A DNA stretch of 64,000 nucleotides, taken from Porphyromonadaceae bacterium. Its GTDB lineage: Bacteria > Bacteroidota > Bacteroidia > Bacteroidales > Dysgonomonadaceae. This document shows, piece by piece, positions 39,076-50,500 of this stretch. Every line of letters begins with the position of its first letter. Positions within the stretch are counted from its first letter, which is position 1. The notes beneath the pieces were generated by a model, which ran no database searches, was not told the origin of the DNA, and saw nothing but the letters and a program-made list of their open reading frames with translations. The stretch is from contig JALHIE010000027.1 of assembly GCA_022840285.1 (NCBI GenBank), forward strand, positions 13,080 through 77,079, given 5' to 3'. A program made the translations under genes and the position numbers.

Positions 39076-40545
39076 TCAATCTTTTTCTATTGTGACAAAA
39101 GGGACGATTACCTCCAGGAAATGGGAACCTCCATGGGTTATTTCATCTTTTCCCTTAAAGCATCGACTGTTTTTCCAGACGGCCCAATTATCATGTACAA
39201 GCAACTCTTTATGAATCTCCGGATTATTTTGAATAAAATTGTCCAGGTAGGTTGCATTTGAATAAATAAGATGTCTACTCCCTTTGCTTTCTTTCTCGTA
39301 TAAAAATGTGCGTTCCTGTGAATTGAGCGATCGCCAGGAATGAGCCATGATATTGCCATGGTCGGCAGTAATATAAATTGTATATCCCTGCTCATGCAAC
39401 AATTTGATATTCTCTGCTGCTTCTTCTGCCCAGTTTTCCGTCAAATCGTATAAGTCTTTATTGCTGGAAGAGCTGTGCATTTTACGATCCAGACTGACAT
39501 CCACAAACGCTTGTTTATACAGAACGTTGTCATCTGTCAAGAGACTATCGTGTGTATAGGCAATTTCATAAGGTTGCATCTGTTTGGAACCCCTGTAACG
39601 ATTGGACCAAAACTCGCTCCAAAGTCTTCCCTCAGCGATGGGAGTCTGCCCGTAATCTTGTTGTGGAATATTTCCTCTAAAAATAGCTTGACGCGATAGT
39701 TTGGTAATAGAGGGAATCCAAGCCATGGTTGAATCCTTCTTCGTTTTAATCCCCAACCCTGTTAATTTTTGTTCCAATATCAGGTATTGCCAAAACGTCA
39801 TACCGTCTATCACAACCAACGCCACCTTTTCGGTACGATTGTGTTTGTAAGCCAAATGAGGCAATATTTTATTTACCGTTTTAGGCTTAACGATGTGTGA
39901 CGATGAAGACAAAGCAAAATATTTCTCGGCAATATATTGTTGGAAATCTTCATTAATAATTTCTACAGCTGACTCCATCTTATCATAAACTCCTTGGTTA
40001 ATCGCCTTGAGTAAGATGTGGCAAATGGAATCCATCGTTTCCACCTTCTCCCATTTTAATGGGATTGATTTTAGTTTTGTAGTCAGTTCATTTATGTCTT
40101 CTCCGTAGCGTTTTTTTGCCTCTTCAATCACTTCTTTGGTTTCAACAGCAGAAAGGTTATAAACGAATTTCTTGTTGTGGATGTAAGAAGCCATCCCAAA
40201 TGTCAGTCGAGCTTGACGGATTTCAGCCTCATTGCAAGCAGGCATAAGATCTGGAATTGAAAAGGTATGGGCGTTGTATAACAATCGCTTAATATCAGGT
40301 AAGACAGAGGATGGGTCATCCATGATGTAGCAAATTCGCTCTCGGGTGTTTTTGTCGTACAGTTCATACCTCACACGAAGTTCAAGTGAAGAAGAGATTG
40401 GTAGTAAAAGCAAGCCACAAGCGTTAAGTACAGCTTGTTGTGTGTCTGGCCGTTGTAAGAAACCATCCGGATTTCTCACAATACTGAGACGCTTACCTTC
40501 ACCGGTAAGCCTCTGTTCTAACCTATGAATAAATTCATCCATCAA
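39076..40545 (-). CDS. pglZ: BREX PglZ alkaline-phosphatase-superfamily protein
   Basis: LVVIDGM, IPSITKLSRQAIF, ITADHG, THGG. Confidence 0.92.
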   Translation of the reverse strand: MMDEFIHRLEQRLTGEGKRLSIVRNPDGFLQRPDTQQAVLNACGLLLLPISSSLELRVRYELYDKNTRERICYIMDDPSSVLPDIKRLLYNAHTFSIPDLMPACNEAEIRQARLTFGMASYIHNKKFVYNLSAVETKEVIEEAKKRYGEDINELTTKLKSIPLKWEKVETMDSICHILLKAINQGVYDKMESAVEIINEDFQQYIAEKYFALSSSSHIVKPKTVNKILPHLAYKHNRTEKVALVVIDGMTFWQYLILEQKLTGLGIKTKKDSTMAWIPSITKLSRQAIFRGNIPQQDYGQTPIAEGRLWSEFWSNRYRGSKQMQPYEIAYTHDSLLTDDNVLYKQAFVDVSLDRKMHSSSSNKDLYDLTENWAEEAAENIKLLHEQGYTIYITADHGNIMAHSWRSLNSQERTFLYEKESKGSRHLIYSNATYLDNFIQNNPEIHKELLVHDNWAVWKNSRCFKGKDEITHGGSHFLEVIVPFVTIEKD

Positions 40546-43303
40546 TTCTTACGGTTAAGATATGATTCACGTCGGGCACCACGCTAAGCCCTTTGGCAAA
40601 AGCACTTTTCCACTCTTCTTTTTCTGTAGTCAGCTTTCGTAACTTGGCATTTCTAATGTTTTCAATGCCAATGCGGTTGAGCCGATTCTCTGCATAACTC
40701 CAAGCCTTCAGTTTTTTCTCTGCTCTTGCTTGCAAAACGTTTTGAATTTCGGCTTCCATCCGATGGAACAAGGCATGAAGATTATTGTTTAAGGCTTGGT
40801 TTTCCTCTATAGCCAGATTGCATTCTGTTTCACCCACATATTGAAAACTGTTTTTCTCTTGCACCAATCTATTCCACACATCATTGCCGTAGGGAGCAAA
40901 TACCCTGCCCGCATCGGTAATAAACTGAGCAGAATAAGTTGTTTTGGTTTCGTAGTTGTTTTTGGCCAACACTTTCCATAAGGTCAGATAGCCACATGTC
41001 TCACCACCATTTTTAGACACAATTACAGGAACCATCGTTTGAATATTCCCATCCATCTCATCCAGAATTCGTTTCACGACGGGATGTTGCAAAGTAAGAT
41101 GTTCCGAACCAGGATTATCACCCAGCTTGTCTGCCTCAAATACAGCTTCCAGTCTATATCCGTTGATGGCGTATTCGGAAACACCGGACAATCGCTTCAC
41201 AATTTTACCCTTTTCATTCATCGTGTAAAGATCCATCAACTCTTCCAGCCATACAGGAAGCGGACTGTATTTTATTTCACCGGCACTTTCCTTTTTTATA
41301 TCGTCTCCTGTAAAAACAGGTAAAATACCTTCCGTAGATTTATAATCGTTGAGTTTGCTTTTTATCTCATACAGCCATTTGTCACTGGCAAAATCAAATC
41401 GATGGGGATCGAGCAATGATTGCAGATAAAGATGATTTACCTGCTTCATATCGATAGTAGAGTCCAGTACATCATTGGTTTTGTCAATTCCCAATTCTTG
41501 CAGTATGGCATCCAGTTTCTCCACGATAATCTCATATACTCTGGTGTCGACCGTGTTATTGGTCAACATATTGAAAGCAACTACCGGAAATTTCTGACCA
41601 ATACGATCTACACGTCCGATGCGTTGTTCTATGGCCATTGGATTCCAAGGCAAATCATAATTGAGAACGATGTGGCAAAACTGCATATTCAACGATTCAC
41701 CCGCCGCATCCGTTGCCACCATCACATTGGCTTCGTTCTTAAACTTCATAAGCGCCTGTTGTCGTTCCGCTAAATCCATGCTGCCATGTATTTCCACCGT
41801 AGTCAATCCTGCACCTTCAAGGATTTTTTTCAGATAGCCCTGTGTCTTGCGAAACTCGGTAAACACCAGTACTTTTAACTGAGAATTGTTGTACTTGTCT
41901 TGCAGTTTATAGATTTTCCGAACCAAAGCTGTCGCTTTGGCATCTTGTTCTGTTTCCAGGCAGGTGCGTGCCTCCACAATCAATTTTTGGAGTGCTGTTT
42001 CTTCATTGAAAAAGCCATTATCCTGCATTGCAACCGAAAAGTCGTTCGTATCTAAATCATCAAAGTCGACTACACCCTCTTCATCATAGTCGTCAATGTC
42101 ATCATCCGTTTCACCATGTTGCAACCTCCACAAACGAGTTTCCATGGCAGCCAAAATAGCGGCCGTACTGCTACTTGCCAACTTTTGCATCATCACCATC
42201 ACCAGTCCTGTAGCATTCCTATTACCTCGCTTGGCACGTCCAAAACAATACCTCACATAGTTGGTTACATGATTGTATAAATCTATCTGTAAGCGATGAT
42301 ATGTTTCGTCGAGTGGAACATCCAATCGTATGGTCATTCGCTGCTGAAAAAGTTTCTTCCCGTCATAATCCACCGCATATCGTTTTTCTGAACGCATCAC
42401 GTAAGGCTCAATCTCTTCAATACTCGGCATTCCGTCTCCCGGGAAAGCGTCGGCATCAATCAATTTGAGCACTCTGCGGAAATGATCGCTCTTGCCGCGA
42501 TGGGGAGTAGCGGTGAGAAGCAACACGTTCGGCACTGCATTGCATAGTGTTTCGGCCAATTGATAGCGAGATACCTGTGCCGTACTTCCACCCATGCGAT
42601 GGGCTTCATCAATAATAACCATGTCAAATTCAGCATTCACCACGGCTTCCAGGCGATACTTGTTGTATTCATCAATTTTCTCCTGGCTCCATCCTTGTCG
42701 AGCTGACAATGGCTTCAAAGCATCAGTAGAGACTATGATTTGATGATGCTGTTTCCAGAAATTCAACTCCTCTTCTGCTTCAAATCCGGCAAAAGTACGA
42801 GCCATCCCCGAAATAAAATCACTGTTGTAGATATGGAAGTTCTCGTTGAAGTGCTCCCTCAACTCCTGTTGCCACTGAAGCATAGCCGATTTAGGCACAA
42901 TCAACAAGATTCGCGTTATCTCGCCGCGCAATTTCTTCTCCTTTATCACAAGTCCAGCTTCAATGGTCTTTCCCATGCCCACTTCATCTGCCAACAAAAA
43001 ACGGGTTTGAATACCCTGCATTACTTTCTCCAATACCAGTATTTGGTGTGGCAAAGGAATAAGGCTACTTTCATAAGGGGCCAACAATCGCTTTTGAGCC
43101 ATTTCCTCTTTGATACGTGCCGCTATAGCCATATAACGAACGTATGCCAGACCCCTGTTGGAGTTCCTGTTCAGATCATCATCCAGATCAGAACTAAGCA
43201 CTTGGGCAAAACTGTTATCCTCCAGGATACGAATCCAGTGAGTTTCCTTGCCAAATAGCGTCTTACTACCTATTATCTCTATATTTTTGCCTTTATATTT
43301 CAT
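40535..43303 (-). CDS. brxHII: BREX type 3 SNF2-family helicase BrxHII
   Basis: LLADEVGMGKT, DEAH, LTATPH, TDAAGESLNMQ, QRIGRVDRIGQ. Confidence 0.88.
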   Translation of the reverse strand: MKYKGKNIEIIGSKTLFGKETHWIRILEDNSFAQVLSSDLDDDLNRNSNRGLAYVRYMAIAARIKEEMAQKRLLAPYESSLIPLPHQILVLEKVMQGIQTRFLLADEVGMGKTIEAGLVIKEKKLRGEITRILLIVPKSAMLQWQQELREHFNENFHIYNSDFISGMARTFAGFEAEEELNFWKQHHQIIVSTDALKPLSARQGWSQEKIDEYNKYRLEAVVNAEFDMVIIDEAHRMGGSTAQVSRYQLAETLCNAVPNVLLLTATPHRGKSDHFRRVLKLIDADAFPGDGMPSIEEIEPYVMRSEKRYAVDYDGKKLFQQRMTIRLDVPLDETYHRLQIDLYNHVTNYVRYCFGRAKRGNRNATGLVMVMMQKLASSSTAAILAAMETRLWRLQHGETDDDIDDYDEEGVVDFDDLDTNDFSVAMQDNGFFNEETALQKLIVEARTCLETEQDAKATALVRKIYKLQDKYNNSQLKVLVFTEFRKTQGYLKKILEGAGLTTVEIHGSMDLAERQQALMKFKNEANVMVATDAAGESLNMQFCHIVLNYDLPWNPMAIEQRIGRVDRIGQKFPVVAFNMLTNNTVDTRVYEIIVEKLDAILQELGIDKTNDVLDSTIDMKQVNHLYLQSLLDPHRFDFASDKWLYEIKSKLNDYKSTEGILPVFTGDDIKKESAGEIKYSPLPVWLEELMDLYTMNEKGKIVKRLSGVSEYAINGYRLEAVFEADKLGDNPGSEHLTLQHPVVKRILDEMDGNIQTMVPVIVSKNGGETCGYLTLWKVLAKNNYETKTTYSAQFITDAGRVFAPYGNDVWNRLVQEKNSFQYVGETECNLAIEENQALNNNLHALFHRMEAEIQNVLQARAEKKLKAWSYAENRLNRIGIENIRNAKLRKLTTEKEEWKSAFAKGLSVVPDVNHILTVRIDG

Positions 43304-44819
43304 GGTTCTCCTCTGAAAGAATAACTTTCATTGTAATGCCCAACTCCGTAAGTTTATATTTTTGTTTGGGGTGGTGGGGGGTGTCTGCATAGAGAGGGGC
43401 TATCCAACCAAGCTCGATAGCCGGTTTAAGAATATGCACCATAAAATAGCGTGCGGAGCTCGTGCGGAGTTCGAGCGGAGTTTGTGCGGAGTTCATACGA
43501 AGTTGCAATTCTCTCGCACTATAATAGTCACTATTGATGTTGCATATCAGTGATTTAACGCGAATTTTGAAGTTGTCGTCAAGTTGTGCCAACTTCGTGC
43601 GGAGTTCATCATGAGTTCGCTCTAAAGCCGTAACATTAGCATCCATAACCACCACTTCAAAGACGGTTAATTTATTTACATTAAAATGTGCCGGCTTAGA
43701 ACCATTGGTTTGAAGGTATTCCTGCACCCGGCTTATGCCTCGATTGAACATATTTACGTACTTCATTACCTTCATTGCTTCTGCCACGATAGGATTGCGG
43801 TAGGCATTCACATGGGGGAAGTTTTCCGGACGAGCTTCGCCATACAGTCCGCCAGCATTCATAATTTCAATGCGGTTGTCAAACTGATAGAGTCGAATGG
43901 GAGTGTTTGACTGATAATCTCTGTGCATGCAGGCATTCATCAAAAGTTCACGTAAAGCTCCTCCGGGGTAGTTTGTAACCGTTTTTTCGCGTAGCAGACT
44001 TATTTCTTCCGGTCGTTGCGTAACAATAGCATCGGCTACGAATGATTCTAATCGAGGTAACAAAGTTGTTAATCCTCCTTTAAATTCTTTTTCGTTGATG
44101 ATTTTGCCGGCCTTTGTTGTTCCCTCAAAGTGAACATATTGCACATAACAACCCGGCATAAAATATTTAGGCTGTTTACCAAAAAGTATGATTGCTGCCA
44201 TTGTGGGACAATCATATTGCTTGTTGTATAAGCGTAAAGAGGCCATCTGTTCCGTAAAACTACGAGTATCTGTTTCGAGTGTTTCGGTATCGATGGCTTG
44301 AGGAAAATATTGCTGTTTGATGATATCTGTATCAATATCATCCAATGTTGCTTCTCGGCAGGGCATTACATCGAAAGTGGCTAGATGTGCAGCATTTCGT
44401 TCGGTGAGGATCCGTTCTTCTTCAGCCGAAGCGATATCCTTACGTGGGCCGATGCGTACGAAAACGCGACCTCGGTAGCGGACAGGAGTGAAGAGAGAAG
44501 GAGTAACTGCGACGGCAAGCACATCGCCTTTTTCGGTTTCTACCTTTTCTGTACTCATTACAGGTAAAGGGAGGATGTTGCCGTCTGAACGAATTCCGGA
44601 AATCTTTTTTACCAGGGCATCATCCACTTTAAGTCCGCTCACCGAACCATCATCATTGACACCTATAAGTAGGTAGCCTTTCTTCCCGGAACCGGGAAGA
44701 TCATTGGAAAAAGCACAGATTGCCTCCTGAAACTTATCCATGTTGGAAGTGGAAGCAGTACGTTCTATGCGAAAATTTTCATCCGTTTGCAACAACTCGT
44801 TCAACTCTTCCTTGGTCAT
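43293..44819 (-). CDS. Schlafen/AlbA_2 + HATPase_c_4 + winged-HTH protein inserted in BREX
   Basis: ENFRIERT...ICAFSND...YLLIGVNDDG (AlbA_2); ALRELLMNACMHRDY (HATPase_c_4); LKPAIELGWI...PKQKYKLT (wHTH). Confidence 0.85.
   Translation of the reverse strand: MTKEELNELLQTDENFRIERTASTSNMDKFQEAICAFSNDLPGSGKKGYLLIGVNDDGSVSGLKVDDALVKKISGIRSDGNILPLPVMSTEKVETEKGDVLAVAVTPSLFTPVRYRGRVFVRIGPRKDIASAEEERILTERNAAHLATFDVMPCREATLDDIDTDIIKQQYFPQAIDTETLETDTRSFTEQMASLRLYNKQYDCPTMAAIILFGKQPKYFMPGCYVQYVHFEGTTKAGKIINEKEFKGGLTTLLPRLESFVADAIVTQRPEEISLLREKTVTNYPGGALRELLMNACMHRDYQSNTPIRLYQFDNRIEIMNAGGLYGEARPENFPHVNAYRNPIVAEAMKVMKYVNMFNRGISRVQEYLQTNGSKPAHFNVNKLTVFEVVVMDANVTALERTHDELRTKLAQLDDNFKIRVKSLICNINSDYYSARELQLRMNSAQTPLELRTSSARYFMVHILKPAIELGWIAPLYADTPHHPKQKYKLTELGITMKVILSEENHEI
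43450..43493. repeat. Four tandem 11-bp units inside the AlbA gene
   Basis: CGTGCGGAGCT CGTGCGGAGTT CGAGCGGAGTT TGTGCGGAGTT; a fifth copy lies at 43596-43606. Confidence 0.85.
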
Positions 44820-44854
44820 ACACTTTCGTTTTTACAACCCAACATTCTAAGAGA

Positions 44855-47548
44855 TTACACTCTTGAAACAGCAATATCGTAATACTGGAGCAGAATCTCA
44901 TCTTCTTGAAGCAGAGACTCCTGTATATGGTCGCCCACTGTGATAATTGCCTGGTAGTCCTTTTGCTTGTAACACTCCTTGAAACCATAGCGTAGTACTT
45001 CGAGACGGGTATCTCTCATCCGCCTAGCCTTTGGCTTTTGGGCCTGTTCCAGATACATATTATATTCTTTCATCATCTTTCTTCCCCGCATAATCTCCAT
45101 ATCGGCAGCCTTTTCGGCATCTGGCTTGCGCCATTTGCCATCAGCGTCTCTGATGAAATTATCTTCCAGAATTTCGGATAGCTCAGGAAGAATATCACCT
45201 TTCTTAGTGGGAGTCATATTCTTCATCCATTCAGGTTGCAATTCTGAATAGGTCTGGGGTGTTTCCAATTCACGCTTCAACCATTCAATGCCTTCTGCTT
45301 CACTGCCTATAAACAATGCCATTGGCACAATACCTGTTGTTTTACTCTTCTTGTCTTCATATTCCAATGCTTGAGAAGCCGTAAAGAACATCCCATCGCG
45401 CTCAATAAATCGTTCTCGAAGACCCTTCTGAAATTCTTGGGCATTTAGAGGTACTTCAATGCCATGCATAACAAAGTATGAAACGACTTTGTCATATAGA
45501 ATACGCTGATCACGTTCTACAACGCATTCAATATTATTATCTTTAATTAGAACTGGGGATAAATGTTCTAAATGTTCTTCAATAAAATTCCATATATTTT
45601 TTTCTATAGAATCTTTGTTTTCAAACTGCAAAACTATAGAAGGTTTATAGCATGAAATTACGAGATCTTGTTTTACAGCAGTTGTCGTTGTTATTGAACG
45701 CATACCACCTTGTCCTTTATTCAATGCAGCTACATTTGCTAGAACAAATCCTGCTTTAGTTATTGCCTGCCGAATAGAATTCCATATACCAGCATTGGTG
45801 TTACTAAATTCTACAGTCATCCATTTGCCTGGTTTAAGAACACGATAGTATTCAGCAAAACTTTTCGACATCTTATTTAAATAAAATGAGAAATTTTTAT
45901 CCTGACAAGAATTTATGATAGCTTCTGTCTGACTATTTGTTAGAACTTTCAACCATGCTTCTGGTAATATATTGAGTTCAGAATACATAATGTTTGAACC
46001 AAATGGAGGATCTGTAAATATGTAATCTACAGAAGCATCATTAATAGGAAATTTTTCTGCTGATCCTATATACAATGCATTATCGAATTCTCGTGGAAAG
46101 TATGGAATAGCTCTTAGATATCCACTCAATTTGTCTTCAATTTGTTCAAGTATTGATGTCTCTATGGGCAAGTTCGGTATGTATAAGGTGCCTTTTAAAT
46201 GACCTGCATTCCATCCGCCACCTCCATAAAAATAGTTACTGACATGGATTCGATTCATCTTAGTAGAACGATTCACCATTCCTGTAAAAATAAACTTTAG
46301 TTTGTTTGACAGTGCTGATTTCTGTATCTTATCAAAGAAAGTAGATAGCGCGATTAGGTTCCTCAAAGTATAAAATTGATGAACATAACATATGTTTTGA
46401 GCATTTTTGGGTTGTTGTGTATTATAACCATTAGGCAATTCATACGTAGGGACAAAGTAGTTGTTCTTATAATTCATTATTCTTTCGAGTAAAGCTTTGT
46501 CATATTCATCCGCTTTTTTTTCAAATCTTTTATTACCAACAGAATATACTAGAATTGCCGGAGTAGTTTTGTTAATTGACACCGTTTTACCTAAATAATT
46601 ATCATAGATAGTATTAAAGGCTCTTTTTGTTGAATATTTAGTATGTATAATATTGCAATGAGGGCAATAAAATTCATCCTTAATGCACTTATTATCCCTA
46701 TCTATTGCTGCATCCCAATAAACGAATTCCTTGCCACAGTTGGTACATATTAAAATATCACTCCATACCATGTAGTTAATTAACCCAATTTCTTTTCTTT
46801 CATGCATTGTAGTGTACAACCATTTACACTCTTCCTTTGTTTCACTGAATATTCTTTCAACTTCTTTCTTTAGTTCTAACGAATTGACTGGTGTATTATA
46901 ATTGTATGAAACCAAAGAAGCATATGGAGACAAATCTCCACAAATTGCATGACGTTTCCCCCAATTTGGATGTTTTCCTGATTGTTCACCCCATTCTCTT
47001 TCAATTGACTCTATGTCTTCTTTTGAAGGATTACCACAAGCTTGTGCGGCAATTCCAGTCATCCCTGTTCCTGCAAACCCATCGAATACAATGTCGCCCG
47101 GTTGGGTATAATGCAAAATATATCGCATGATAGCGGGATGAGGTACTTTTGTATGGTAGGTATGTGCAGTATACACTGGGTTATTTTTACCTACCTTTAC
47201 ATCATTTGCATATGGCTCTTTCACTTCAAAACGGGCCTGTCGTTTCCCTTCTGCCTGAAGTTGTTCTTTTTCTTTTTCCCATTCCCCAATAAAATCATTT
47301 AACCAGGGGTTGGGACAAGCTGTATAGTATGGGGGATCAGAGAGATTGACAATATCGTCATCTTCTCCAATAGGAAAGCCTTCTATCTTTTTTAGTTCCG
47401 GCAGTTTCTTGCGAAGCTCTTCCCGAAAATAATCCCGACGAGCCTCTTCACATGGAAATTCCATTCCAAAGCAAACTACGGGTTCGGGGTTTAAACTGGT
47501 CTCCTCAAATTCATCATCAAGAAACAGCCTGGGGTCTTTATTGCTCAT
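44855..47548 (-). CDS. pglXI: BREX type 3 DNA methyltransferase PglXI
   Basis: HTYHTKVPH, motif I FDGFAGTG, CxxC...CxxC, motif IV TDPPF. Confidence 0.88.
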   Translation of the reverse strand: MSNKDPRLFLDDEFEETSLNPEPVVCFGMEFPCEEARRDYFREELRKKLPELKKIEGFPIGEDDDIVNLSDPPYYTACPNPWLNDFIGEWEKEKEQLQAEGKRQARFEVKEPYANDVKVGKNNPVYTAHTYHTKVPHPAIMRYILHYTQPGDIVFDGFAGTGMTGIAAQACGNPSKEDIESIEREWGEQSGKHPNWGKRHAICGDLSPYASLVSYNYNTPVNSLELKKEVERIFSETKEECKWLYTTMHERKEIGLINYMVWSDILICTNCGKEFVYWDAAIDRDNKCIKDEFYCPHCNIIHTKYSTKRAFNTIYDNYLGKTVSINKTTPAILVYSVGNKRFEKKADEYDKALLERIMNYKNNYFVPTYELPNGYNTQQPKNAQNICYVHQFYTLRNLIALSTFFDKIQKSALSNKLKFIFTGMVNRSTKMNRIHVSNYFYGGGGWNAGHLKGTLYIPNLPIETSILEQIEDKLSGYLRAIPYFPREFDNALYIGSAEKFPINDASVDYIFTDPPFGSNIMYSELNILPEAWLKVLTNSQTEAIINSCQDKNFSFYLNKMSKSFAEYYRVLKPGKWMTVEFSNTNAGIWNSIRQAITKAGFVLANVAALNKGQGGMRSITTTTAVKQDLVISCYKPSIVLQFENKDSIEKNIWNFIEEHLEHLSPVLIKDNNIECVVERDQRILYDKVVSYFVMHGIEVPLNAQEFQKGLRERFIERDGMFFTASQALEYEDKKSKTTGIVPMALFIGSEAEGIEWLKRELETPQTYSELQPEWMKNMTPTKKGDILPELSEILEDNFIRDADGKWRKPDAEKAADMEIMRGRKMMKEYNMYLEQAQKPKARRMRDTRLEVLRYGFKECYKQKDYQAIITVGDHIQESLLQEDEILLQYYDIAVSRV

Positions 47549-47565
47549 ATTTGGTTTTATTCTCT

Positions 47566-50500
47566 TTATTTGATTATGATACGTACATCTTCCGGACGGT
47601 GTCCACGGCTTTGGGCCTCTATGTATTCAGCCAAAGCCTCAATAGCTTGTTGCTTAGTCATAGGCTTAGAAAAGATTCGAAGCATATCCCCATGATTGAT
47701 CTCGATTTTCGTGAAACTACGCTGTAATTTAGTAATAATTTCTATCAACGGATGTGCATACTGCCGATTGAGTTTGATCACTCCATCGGCAAACTGCTGA
47801 ATCATGGTCTTTTCCTGATGGCTCAGCATCTCCTGATTGCGCTTAGTTGTAGGATCATCCAGAGCATCACGGAATTGCTGCTCATATTCAGCGAAAATTT
47901 CGCTCAACTCGTCCTGTAATTCTCCAATTTGTGGTAGCTGCTCTCGCTGAAGTGTGGGATTGAAGCCATCGGGAGCTGTGGGCATGGATAGGATTGTCTG
48001 CTTACTGACAGTTGGATTCACAACTTGCAGCAGTGCTAATTTTCTTAACCATGCATCATACCGGGAAGGGTTAATGAAAGGTGCATCGCGAATAGTATCG
48101 CACACCTGTTTATAGTCATTGGCCCTAAGTTTCTGTGCCTTGCTATAGTCAATCTCACTGATATGTGCTTTTACATATTCGCTCATATACCAATCGGCAT
48201 ATCGCTCTTTTAGGGTCTTAAGTTCTGATTTATAGTTATCAACCACAGTTTTGTCCTGGCCTATTACCTCTTTAATATTGCTAATACCTGCGATAATATC
48301 CTCTTTGAGATTGGGCTCATTGATGTTGGACAGCGCAGTGCGTAGATAGCCAATCATATCCTTGAAGACATTCAACTCTTCCAGCATACGTTCTGTGTCA
48401 TCCAGCTTCCGCAAAGTTTCGTTCATCGCTTTTTTAACCACATCGATAGACCAATCAATATTGCGCATCTTGGCTTTGGTGTTGTATCGCTGAAGTTGGT
48501 TGCAAATGCCTTTTAAACGAACAAGTTCCTTGTCAAATTCCGAAGCTTCTTCGCTTGAGATCACTTCAATGTCACCGGCAAAACGATAGTCTCCTTGAAT
48601 CTTATGCTGTAAAGTGACCACGCGGTTCTCGATGCTTTGTGCCTTGCTCGACAAATCGGCAAACACACTGCTGTTTGGACTATCCAATTCATTCACACGG
48701 TCTATACCCAGCAGGCCCAACATCAACTCACGAACCAAGGCAACATTCAATCCTTTGGGGGGACATATATTCGAGAATGTGTAATTATCTTGCGGATTCA
48801 GTTTGTTGATATCGGCAATGTTGCTCGCATTGATACGTGTACCTCCTTGTAGCACAATCTCTATTTCACCCAAGGCTGCCATGGTTGCCATCACCAACAT
48901 TTGCAAATCGGCCTCAATATGAAAATCGGAGGAGATGTACTCGTGTGTTTCATCGAAGAACAAATCCAATATCTCATCCCGATTCACTACTTGACCATCT
49001 TTTGCCTCCAGTTTCTGCTTCAGACTACGGGCATATTGCGAGTGATCGGTGCTAAGGCGACCGTCATTCCACAAACCAAGTCCCATCAGGATGGCTTCTC
49101 CATTTCGGTTTATGATGGTAGGGTTGGCTATTTTAGCACGAGCTGAACGCAAAAGATTATCACGATTTTCCCGTGTCAAAGGTTGACCCAATTGTGAGAA
49201 CTTCGGGTAATGAGGGTTCTCTGCCTCAAACTGCAGCTCCATAATATAAGAAGTGACCGCACTGATGGCATCAATTTTTGATTCTGCTTGTGCTCCCTGC
49301 ATTGTTTCCATAGCAAGCTTTTCACCCAAATACTCCACCATGGTTTTGGCAAGAAACTGTTGGTTGAAAAGTTCACGTGCTTCCTTAAAGAATTTTTCGC
49401 GGAGTTGTTTGTAGCGAGGCTTTTCATCGCTACTTGCACTGCCTTCTTGAGAGAGAGCAGAACCATAGAGCGTAACTTTCTTTTTGAACTCATCGCTCAA
49501 ATCGTCCATCAGGAAGAAAACGCTATCTTTCTCTGTAGGATAAGATTTCCCAGCTGAATCAAAGATAGGCATAAAGTAGATGTAGAAATGCTGCTGTGGC
49601 TGAGTGGTTGAACGATCATTCGGATTACCCATAAAGATATATCCGGCACGATGGCATTTGTGGGATAACCATTCTATATTGTGTGCCCAGATCCGGAAAT
49701 TGCGACGGTATGTCTCGCCTTCCACCGGCAGTACTTCGGCCAGAAACATATAGAAGTATTCATCTTTCTGAGCGTCTCCCATCTGTGCGGCATAATCCTT
49801 CACCTTCTGTTCGTAATTGACGCCTCCTTCTATTCTGAGGTGGTATTCATTGTTTTCTCCTTTTTCAAAATATTGTCCGATGGTGGCCGAAACAATTGCA
49901 TCCAAAGTACGGTTAAATGCCAAATCTACCAACTCATCGTAGTTTTCACACGTATGATCGATATGGCAAAGGTCGTTGGCCAACGATTCGGCAGTAACTC
50001 CATTGTGCTGACTAAGGTCTGCTTGAAGCATCTTGATGGCTGCAGCAGATACAATACGGTGAGCCAACGTTCTTTTAGGAGCAAGGCCCTTCGTAAAGTT
50101 ATCTCTTATCTTTTGATCAATCAGTTCAGTAATATCGCTCACCTTACTTACATCGGGGTCGGCCTTCAGATCTACATTGTGCTGTATATCTTTCCAATAG
50201 GAGTCATAAGAGATTAGACCAGGCTCGTTTGTAGGCACCTCATCGTTCATGATACCTTCAAACTTATGGGATAGTGTCTTTAACACTTCACGTTGACTTT
50301 TGCCGATGCGTATCAAGGAAAAATTATCAAAGTAGCTTGGATGCACGGGATATAAGTTCACATAAGTATCCAGGTTGTTATTCATATTTGGAAACATAAC
50401 CAGAAATTGAGACAGATGTTGGCGAATCTGTGCTTTCTGATGTTCATCCTTTCGTAACAACCGTTGTTGTACGATGTATTGTACATCTTCTTTCTTTATA

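Noticed and set aside
43497-43596. MITE in the AlbA gene (9-bp inverted repeats, 13-bp direct repeats)
   Set aside because: The interval encodes what looks like the first helices of the wHTH domain (SARELQLRM), so it is probably native sequence.
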